From an uncultured delta proteobacterium (GTDB taxonomy: Bacteria; Myxococcota_A; Polyangia; Polyangiales; Polyangiaceae): a stretch of 64,000 nucleotides of DNA. Positions within the stretch are counted from its first letter, which is position 1; each line of letters starts with the position of its first letter. A program made the translations under genes and the position numbers. Below are positions 57,314-64,000 of this stretch, one piece after another. The stretch spans positions 640,001 to 704,000 of the forward strand of contig CAVQUB010000005.1 of the NCBI GenBank assembly GCA_963716725.1, read 5' to 3'. A model generated the notes under the pieces. It did no database searches and was not told the DNA's origin. It saw only the letters and a program-made list of their open reading frames with translations.

Positions 57314-57949
57314 ATGGCCGACCTCCGAAGCTTCGTTTTCCTCGATTCGCTCCAACCACAGCTCGCGGCTTACCTCGGCACCATCGCCAAGGGCTTCTTG
57401 CCCGTGGCGGGCGAGGCGTCGCTGATCGTCGAGATCTCTCCCGGCATCGAGATCAACCGCTGCACCGACATCGCGGTGAAGGCGACCGACGTTCGGCCGG
57501 GCATGCAGATCGTCGAGCGCTTGTACGGCATGCTCGAGCTGCACAGCCCCTCCCAAGCCGACGTGCGGCAGGCGGGCAGCGCCATCCTCGAAGCGTTGGG
57601 GCTGAACGAAGAAGACCGCATCAAGCCCCGGGTGCTGTCCTCGCAGGTCATCAAGCACGTCGACGACCTGCAGGTGCAGCTGATCAACCGCAGCCGCCAA
57701 GGCATGATGCTGATCGCGCAGGAGTCGCTCTTCATCATGGAGGTCGAGCCCGCGGGTTACGCGGCGTTTGCCGCCAACGAAGCCGAGAAAGCCGCCGAGA
57801 TCAACGTGGTCGACGTGCGCATGACCGGCGCCTTTGGCCGCATCTATTTGGGTGGCGAGCAGCGCGACATCGACGTGGCCAGCGTGGCCGCGGCGAAGGC
57901 GATCGAGTCGCTGAAGGGTCGCGAGGCGAAATCCTCGCGGAAGGACTGA
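57314..57949 (+). CDS. BMC-T shell protein (CcmP/CsoS1D-like double-stacking type)
   Basis: [38 protein letters not shown]. Confidence 0.93.
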   Translation: MADLRSFVFLDSLQPQLAAYLGTIAKGFLPVAGEASLIVEISPGIEINRCTDIAVKATDVRPGMQIVERLYGMLELHSPSQADVRQAGSAILEALGLNEEDRIKPRVLSSQVIKHVDDLQVQLINRSRQGMMLIAQESLFIMEVEPAGYAAFAANEAEKAAEINVVDVRMTGAFGRIYLGGEQRDIDVASVAAAKAIESLKGREAKSSRKD

Positions 57950-57952
57950 GCC

Positions 57953-58573
57953 GTGATCGACCTCCGAAGTTTCGTATTTTTGGACTCGCTGCAGCCGCAG
58001 CACGCCGCATTTCTCGGCACCGTCGCCAAGGGCTTCTTGCCCGTGCGCGGCCAAGCGTCGCTGCTGATCGAGATCGCGCCGGGCATCGAGATCAACCGCC
58101 TCACCGACATCGCGGTCAAGACCACCAGCGTGCAGCCGGGCATGCAGATCGTCGAGCGCCTCTACGGCCTGCTCGAGTTCCACCACGATCAGCAGGCCGA
58201 GGTGCGCCGCGCGGGCGAGGCCATCCTCAAAGAGATTGGCGCCGAGGAGTCCTCGCGCATCAAGCCGGAGATCTTGTCGTCGACCGTCATCCGCCACCTC
58301 GACGACCGGCAGACGCAGCTCATCAACCGCGTGCGTCATGGCCATATGATCGTCGCCGGTCAGACGCTCTACACCCTGGAGGTGCAGCCGGCGGCCAACG
58401 CCGCCCTGGCCGCCAACGAAGCCGAGAAAGCGGCGAACATCAAGGTGCTCGAGATCGTGAGCTTCGGCTCCCTGGGTCGCGTCTACTTGGCGGGTGACGA
58501 CCGCGACATCGACGTGGCTGTGCCCGCGGCGGAGCGGGCGCTCGCGGGGCTGACGGGCCGCGCCGGCAAATGA
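57953..58573 (+). CDS. BMC-T shell protein (CcmP/CsoS1D-like), paralog
   Basis: Same motifs; the 5' half is highly similar to 57314..57949. Confidence 0.93.
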   Translation: MIDLRSFVFLDSLQPQHAAFLGTVAKGFLPVRGQASLLIEIAPGIEINRLTDIAVKTTSVQPGMQIVERLYGLLEFHHDQQAEVRRAGEAILKEIGAEESSRIKPEILSSTVIRHLDDRQTQLINRVRHGHMIVAGQTLYTLEVQPAANAALAANEAEKAANIKVLEIVSFGSLGRVYLAGDDRDIDVAVPAAERALAGLTGRAGK

Positions 58574-58620
58574 ACGAAGGCTTTGGGAAGAACAACGCGT
58601 CAGTACAACGGAGAACGTAA

Positions 58621-58938
<318 letters not shown>

Positions 58939-58951
58939 GAGACCTCTCGAG

Positions 58952-58985
58952 CCCCCGTGTCTCGCGCCGCGGCGCGGCGCGGGGG
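58952..58985 (+). other. GC-rich intergenic stem-loop between BMC-H and BMC-P
   Basis: cccccgtgt..cgcgc-cgcg-gcgcg-gcgcggggg can pair with G-U pairs and a bulge; no U-tract. Confidence 0.5.
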
Positions 58986-59001
58986 AAGTCAGGATCGGAC
59001 G

Positions 59002-59316
59002 ATGCTCCTAGCAAAGGTGGTCGGGACTCTGGTCGCGACGCGCAAGGATCCGAAGCTCGACGGGCTCAAATTCATGCTGCTCCGGCAGGTGAACCCAGAG
59101 AGCCTGGTCGAAGGCGGTTACGTGGTGGCCAACGACGCCGTCGGCTGCGGCGTTGGCGAATACGTGCTCTACGCGTCGGGATCGTCCGCCCGTCAGACCG
59201 AGGTCACCAAGGATCGGCCCTGCGACGCGGTCGTCATGGCCATCGTCGATACCTGGGAGATCGGCGGCGAGACGCGCTTCGAGAAGCACGGACAGGAACA
59301 CGGCTATGCGGACTAG
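59002..59316 (+). CDS. BMC-P pentamer (EutN/CcmL)
   Basis: [38 protein letters not shown]. Confidence 0.95.
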   Translation: MLLAKVVGTLVATRKDPKLDGLKFMLLRQVNPESLVEGGYVVANDAVGCGVGEYVLYASGSSARQTEVTKDRPCDAVVMAIVDTWEIGGETRFEKHGQEHGYAD

Positions 59317-59340
59317 CGCTCCGGATCGGCAAGCGTCGCG

Positions 59341-60783
59341 ATGAACCCGGAGGAAATCAGGCGCATCGCCGAGTCCATCGCCGACCGGCTCGCCGGGGGC
59401 GGTGGTGTTTCGGCCAACGCGCCCGCGCCGCTCGCGACCGCTGCGCCCTCCCCTTCTGCTGACGGCATCTTTGCCAACGTCGACGACGCCATCAAGGCCG
59501 CCCGGGCAGGGTTCATCGCGCTGTCGGCCCTCGGCCTCGAACAGCGCAAGCTGATCATCGAGTCCATGCGCGTCGAGATGCGCCGCCAGGCCGAGCCCCT
59601 GGCGCGCATGGCCAATGAAGAGACGGGCCTCGGGCGCTTCGAGGACAAGGTCCAGAAGAACCTGCTGGTCACCAACAAGACCCCCGGAACCGAAGATCTC
59701 AGCCCCATTGCCCACAGCGGCGACGACGGCTTCGCGCTGATCGAGCCGGCGCCCTTCGGTGTCATCGGAGCCATCACTCCGGTCACGAACCCGCCGTCGA
59801 CGATCATCTGCAACTCCATCGCCATGGTGGCCGCGGGCAATGCCGTCACTTTCAACCCGGCTCCCGGCGCGAAGCGGGTCTCGGCGGAGACGATCCGCTG
59901 CTTGAACCGCGCCATCGTTGCGGCGGGTGGGCCGGCAAACGTGCTGACCGCGGTGGCTGAGCCCACCATCGAATCGGCGACGGCGCTGATGAAGCACCCG
60001 CTGACGCGGCTGATCGTCGTGACCGGCGGGCCCGGCGTGGTGCAGGCCGCGATGAACTCGGGCAAGCGCGCGATCTGCGGTGGCCCGGGCAATCCGCCGG
60101 CGGTGGTCGATCCGACCGCTGACATCGACAAGGCCGGGCGCGACATCGTGCTGGGCCACTCCTTCGACAACAACGTGATTTGCGTCGACGAGAAGGAGGT
60201 CATCTGCGTGGACTCCGTCGCCGACTCGCTGAAGGCGGCGATGAAGCGCAACGGCGCGGTGGAGCTCAAGGCCACCGACATCCCGCGCCTCGAAAAGGTG
60301 ATCTTCGAGAAGAACGCCGGCCCTCGGGGCCACGCCGTCGTGAACCGAAAGTTCGTCGGCAAGAACGCCTCGCTCATCTTGCAGGAGCTCGGCATCCCCG
60401 GCGGCCCCGAGGTGCGCTGCATCCTCATCGACGTGCCCAACGACCATCCTCTGGTCTGGACCGAGCAGATGATGCCGGTGCTGCCCCTCACGCGCGTCAG
60501 GACCGTGGACGAGGCCATCGACCTCGCGGTGGAGGCCGAGGGCGGCTGCTTTCACACGGCGACCATGCACTCCCATGACATCGCGGCGCTCTCCCGCATG
60601 GCGCGCAGGTGCAACTGCAGCATCTTCGTCAAGAACGGTCGCGCCATCGCCGGGCTTGGCGCGGACGGCGAGGGCTACACCTCGTTCACCATCGCGTCGC
60701 CGACCGGGGAGGGGCTCACCACGGCGCGCTCGTTCTCGCGCTGGCGACGCTGCACGATGGTCGATCACTTCCGCATCGTCTGA
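59341..60783 (+). CDS. BMC CoA-acylating aldehyde dehydrogenase (EutE/PduP-like) with N-terminal encapsulation peptide
   Basis: MNPEEIRRIAESIADRL; TPGTEDL, TPVTNP, TGGPGVV, GPGNPP, FDNNVICVDEK, TIASPTGEG. Confidence 0.93.
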   Translation: MNPEEIRRIAESIADRLAGGGGVSANAPAPLATAAPSPSADGIFANVDDAIKAARAGFIALSALGLEQRKLIIESMRVEMRRQAEPLARMANEETGLGRFEDKVQKNLLVTNKTPGTEDLSPIAHSGDDGFALIEPAPFGVIGAITPVTNPPSTIICNSIAMVAAGNAVTFNPAPGAKRVSAETIRCLNRAIVAAGGPANVLTAVAEPTIESATALMKHPLTRLIVVTGGPGVVQAAMNSGKRAICGGPGNPPAVVDPTADIDKAGRDIVLGHSFDNNVICVDEKEVICVDSVADSLKAAMKRNGAVELKATDIPRLEKVIFEKNAGPRGHAVVNRKFVGKNASLILQELGIPGGPEVRCILIDVPNDHPLVWTEQMMPVLPLTRVRTVDEAIDLAVEAEGGCFHTATMHSHDIAALSRMARRCNCSIFVKNGRAIAGLGADGEGYTSFTIASPTGEGLTTARSFSRWRRCTMVDHFRIV

Positions 60784-60793
60784 GCCCCGGCCG

Positions 60794-61405
60794 ATGCTGT
60801 CGGAAATTCAGGCTCTCGGACCCGCGCTCGCGATGGTCGAGCTGTGTGACATTCCGTCAGGGCTGGTGGCGCTCGACGCCCTCGCCAAAGAGGCTCCGGT
60901 CGTGGTGGTCGGGGCGGGCACCATCCACCACGGCCATTTCTTGATCGTGTTCGCGGGTTCGGTCGCGGAGGTCGAGATGTCGTATGCGCGGGCGATCGAG
61001 CGCACCGAGGCCGCGATCGTCGACCGCGTGCTCTTGCCCGACGCCGAGCCTCGGCTCTTGCCCGCGCTCTCTCGCGGCGAGCGTCGCCCGCCGCTGGTCG
61101 GAGACGCGCTGGGCATGCTCGAGGCGCGTTCGTCTCCGACTCTGGTCGGCGCCGTCGACGCCGCGCTCAAAGGCACCGACGTCGAACTCGTCGAGTTGCG
61201 CCTCGCGGAGGGCCTGGGAGGCAAGGCCCTGGCGTCGCTCTGGGGCTACCAACACGATGTCGACGCGGCCGTCGAGCTCGCGGCAAAACGGCTGGAACGG
61301 GGCCGCTTCGAGGGCTCGTCCACCACCGTCATCGCCAACGCGCATCCAGAGGTGACGCGCGTGCTCGGCGGGGGTACGCGATTCTTCAAGGAGCAATTCG
61401 GATGA
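60794..61405 (+). CDS. BMC-T shell protein (PduT-like single-layer type)
   Basis: ALAMVE..DALAK, GHFLI..GSVAEV; second domain ALGMLE..DAALK, LAEGLGGK, IANAH. Confidence 0.88.
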   Translation: MLSEIQALGPALAMVELCDIPSGLVALDALAKEAPVVVVGAGTIHHGHFLIVFAGSVAEVEMSYARAIERTEAAIVDRVLLPDAEPRLLPALSRGERRPPLVGDALGMLEARSSPTLVGAVDAALKGTDVELVELRLAEGLGGKALASLWGYQHDVDAAVELAAKRLERGRFEGSSTTVIANAHPEVTRVLGGGTRFFKEQFG

Positions 61406-61716
61406 AGCTCGGTCGCGTCATCGGCACCCTGGTCGCCAGCGTGAAGCCCGAGGCCATGAAGGGTCTCAAGCTGCTGATCGTGCGTCCGCTCACCTCGACG
61501 CTCGAACCCGGCGGAGAGGCCTTCGTCGCGACCGACGCATCGGCTCAAGCTTCGACCGGCGATCTCGTGACTTGGGAGGCATCGCGGGAGGCCGCACTGC
61601 TCCACGATCCCTGGTTCGTGCCGGTGGATCACGCGGTCGTAGGCATTGTGGACCAACACCACTACGACGAGACGGGTACCGCCGATCCGCGCACGCGGCG
61701 GGGGACAGGCTCGTGA
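61402..61716 (+). CDS. BMC-P pentamer (EutN/CcmL)
   Basis: MKLGRVIGTLVASVK, SREAA, PVDHAVVGIVD. Confidence 0.92.
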   Translation: MKLGRVIGTLVASVKPEAMKGLKLLIVRPLTSTLEPGGEAFVATDASAQASTGDLVTWEASREAALLHDPWFVPVDHAVVGIVDQHHYDETGTADPRTRRGTGS

Positions 61717-61994
61717 TCCTGGGTCGCGTCACGGGGACCGTCGTCTCCACGGTTCAGCACGCATTCTACTCGGGAAAGAAGCAGCTCATCGTTCGTGCCT
61801 GCACGCCCGACGGCGCCTTCGATGGTGAGTCCTACGTCGTCGCCATCGATCTGGTCGGCGCCGGAGTAGGCGAGATGGTGATCGTGCAAGACGAGGGCAA
61901 CAGTGCGCGGCAGTTGCTCGGCCTCGAGGGCGCTCCGGTTCGATCGGTGGTCGTGGGCATCGTCGACCAGGTGACCGATTCGTCAGAACGCTGA
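61713..61994 (+). CDS. BMC-P pentamer (EutN/CcmL)
   Basis: GTG start; ILGRVTGTVVST, DLVGAGVGE, EGNSAR, VVGIVD. Confidence 0.92.
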   Translation: MILGRVTGTVVSTVQHAFYSGKKQLIVRACTPDGAFDGESYVVAIDLVGAGVGEMVIVQDEGNSARQLLGLEGAPVRSVVVGIVDQVTDSSER

Positions 61995-62008
61995 GGCGCA
62001 GGCCCTGG

Positions 62009-62368
62009 TCACATCCAGACGGCCCAGGCCCGGTCCAGTGGATCCTGCTGCGGCTCGAGCTCGAGCCTGGATGACGAGACCGAGTCGGACAGCCGCAGCG
62101 TCGGCGCGTCTGGGCGGCGCCACCCCTCTTCGTCCACCCGAGTCACTCGTTCGACTTCCTCGTCGAGAGTGCCGGACAAGAGCTTGCCCAGAGCGAGCAG
62201 CGCCGCCGCGATGGCCCAGCGCCACTTCTCTGGCGCGCCGCGCCCGAAAGCCGAGCGCGTGAGGGACATGCCCACCCGCGCGACCTGCAACCTGCCCCGC
62301 GACGACGCGCAGTGCCGGAGCACGAAGCCCGCCCAATACTCTTCGAATGACCGATGTTCGGTGCTCAT
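62009..62368 (-). CDS. Hypothetical protein (N-terminus weakly DUF962-like)
   Basis: MSTEHRSFEEYW...H; SD-like GAGGT upstream. Family call weak. Confidence 0.4.
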   Translation of the reverse strand: MSTEHRSFEEYWAGFVLRHCASSRGRLQVARVGMSLTRSAFGRGAPEKWRWAIAAALLALGKLLSGTLDEEVERVTRVDEEGWRRPDAPTLRLSDSVSSSRLELEPQQDPLDRAWAVWM

Positions 62369-62517
62369 GGTGACCTCGGGCGCCTTCGCCCTATCCACCG
62401 GATACCTAGCCCGGCGCGACCGGGCCAAGTGTTGGGCGAACCCGAGTGGGCGGCGGCTCAGCGGGGGCGCAGCCGCTCAGAGAGAAACCTCCGGCCCCGC
62501 GATCCGGCTCCCAGTGT

Positions 62518-62830
62518 CTAGATCGGATAGGGCGACGCGCCGATCGCGTAGGTGTGCGTGGCGAGCGCGAGCGCGTAGATCACGACGCCGAGCAGCAGGC
62601 GCCAAGCCCCGATCTCCGAAACGCTCAGGCGATTGCGCCCCTCCAAGATCGCGGCGAAGGGCACGATGGACGTGGCGCTTGCGAACTTCTCCCAGTCTTC
62701 GCCGTGGGTTTCGCGTCGACGCCGCTCGATATGGAGCGTGCCGAGGATGGCGAGCGCGGCGGCCCCTGCGGCGAAGGACGCGGTCCCGCGAAGCAAGCCA
62801 CCGAACACGCAGCCATGCGTATCACGACGG
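62518..62830 (-). pseudogene. C-terminal remnant of an NnrU-family membrane protein
   Basis: HIERRRR..HGEDWEKFASATSIVPFAAILEGR...EIGAWR...H...IGASP; no N-terminal TM region or convincing start. Confidence 0.6.
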
Positions 62831-62897
62831 GGGGCGACACGGCGACGACCAGCGCCGCATTTGCGCTCCCGCACGCCTTGACGCATCATGCCGGGTC

Positions 62898-63341
62898 ATG
62901 ACGGACGGGGACAGCAAACGCTTGGTATTGGCTCGGCGCGCTCGCTTCGTGGCGATGGCGCTCGCGAGCGCGGGCATCGCCTCGGCGACCACTACCGCCT
63001 GCGGCGGCGATTCCGATGGCGGCGGCAGCGGAGGAAGTGCGGCCGCCTCGGGCGGAGGCGCAGGCGGTACGGGCGGCGCGAACACCGGCGGCGCGAGCGG
63101 ATCGGGCGGCGCGAGCGGATCGGGCGGCGCGAGCGGATCGGGCGGCGCGAACACCGGCGGCGCGAGCGGATCGGGCGGCGCGAGCGGATCGGGCGGCGCC
63201 AATACCGGCGGCGTTGCCGGCGATGCGGGCTTCGATGCCGACGCGGGGCCCCAGCCCTGCCTCGCGCCACCACCCGCAGATGCGAGCACTGATGGACCGC
63301 AGGTGTGTCTGTCGCTCCCGCCCCCCGACAGCGGGAGCTGA
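62898..63341 (+). CDS. Small exported/lipoprotein-like protein with ARRARF leader, Gly/Ser linker and two PQxCL motifs
   Basis: MTDGDSKRLVLARRARFVAMALASAG...TACGG; GGASGS repeats; GPQPCLAPP and GPQVCLSLPP. Confidence 0.7.
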   Translation: MTDGDSKRLVLARRARFVAMALASAGIASATTTACGGDSDGGGSGGSAAASGGGAGGTGGANTGGASGSGGASGSGGASGSGGANTGGASGSGGASGSGGANTGGVAGDAGFDADAGPQPCLAPPPADASTDGPQVCLSLPPPDSGS

Positions 63342-63438
63342 CGAGCTACGCCTCACGGATCCCGGGCTATCGTGCGGGACAACGAAGGCAACCGCGTCGC
63401 GCTGCACGCGAGCTGAAGCGGCCGCGACCGGCAGACAA

Positions 63439-64000
63439 TCAGTTCGTCGCCGCGCCCTTGAAGGTCGCGATGACGCCCGCGGCCCCGCGGCTCGGCGCTG
63501 CATGAGTCCAGGTGTGAGAGGCGGTGCCGGTGCTGTTCAGCACCTTGGAGACCATCGAGTGCGCTGGTGGGCCGTTCGCGTTGTCTTGGTGGATCTGATG
63601 CGGAGACCAGCCCGCGCTGGGCTGGATGTTCGCGTAGGTCTGATCGTGTCGAACTGACAGCACCGCGACCGCGAGCTCGTTGGCCTGAGTCGTGACTTGG
63701 AAGGTGCTGGCATTCGTCGTCGTTCCCGAGGCGGCCGCGGTGTAGCCGCTGGCGTCCAGGCTGGGCGGTGCGCTCAAGCCCGAGACCTCGATCACGCCCC
63801 ATGCGATGGCCTGAACGTTGGAGGTGCCCACGGGATCCACCTTGATGGCGAAGGGGCTGCTCGGAACAGTGATGGTTTGGGCGATGAAGATGTAGCCGCG
63901 CGCTGCTTGGTGACTCGACTTGATGGGAGAGCCCTGAACGACCTGCGCGTAGCTGTTCCCGTGGTTGTCGGTGACCGAGCCGGTGGGCACCAGGCAATCG
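63439..64000 (-). CDS. 3' end of a beta-rich, probably secreted protein (start outside window)
   Basis: Open reading frame from the window edge; VTDNHGNSY, IEVSGL, TTQANELAVA. Confidence 0.65.
   Translation of the reverse strand, partial: DCLVPTGSVTDNHGNSYAQVVQGSPIKSSHQAARGYIFIAQTITVPSSPFAIKVDPVGTSNVQAIAWGVIEVSGLSAPPSLDASGYTAAASGTTTNASTFQVTTQANELAVAVLSVRHDQTYANIQPSAGWSPHQIHQDNANGPPAHSMVSKVLNSTGTASHTWTHAAPSRGAAGVIATFKGAATN

Noticed and set aside
57314..58573. Near-identical BMC-T 5' regions as an assembly duplication
   Set aside because: Many synonymous and amino-acid differences throughout; genuine paralogs.

Overview
High-GC bacterial DNA, most likely Myxococcota (Polyangiaceae-like). This rests on a MYXO-CTERM-tailed amidase, Hanks-type kinases, many Gly-linker/Cys-rich lipoproteins and a Haliangium-type BMC hexamer. 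About 64 CDSs can be supported; no rRNA, tRNA or CRISPR array was seen. Four modules stand out. (1) 4.5-14.3 kb: a cluster I cannot match to any characterised pathway, joining a tandem-DUF350 membrane protein, a Rieske oxygenase, two paralogous uncharacterised HxD...H Fe(II) oxygenases, a glutathionylspermidine-synthetase-like ATP-grasp ligase, a membrane protein with a Gly/Ser/Arg tail, a DUF1517-like protein and a third 2OG-Fe(II)-type oxygenase. It is interrupted by an internally deleted alpha-2-macroglobulin gene bracketed by an ~80-bp direct repeat. (2) 19.4-29.3 kb: a beta-barrel plus multiheme cytochrome cluster (12+15+27+4+8 = 66 heme motifs, counted by eye) with a NapC/NirT-like protein, a candidate extracellular electron transfer conduit. 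(3) 32.6-41.5 kb: a GT-C/GT2/methyltransferase glycosylation locus carrying an IS4-family element (8-bp target duplication) inserted in a multi-hairpin repeat. (4) 55.0-62.0 kb: a sugar-phosphate (SPU/HO-like) bacterial microcompartment operon with an RpiB-DeoC fusion, aldehyde dehydrogenase, 1 BMC-H, 3 BMC-T and 3 BMC-P, divergent from tpiA. All family assignments come from motif recognition, not database searches.
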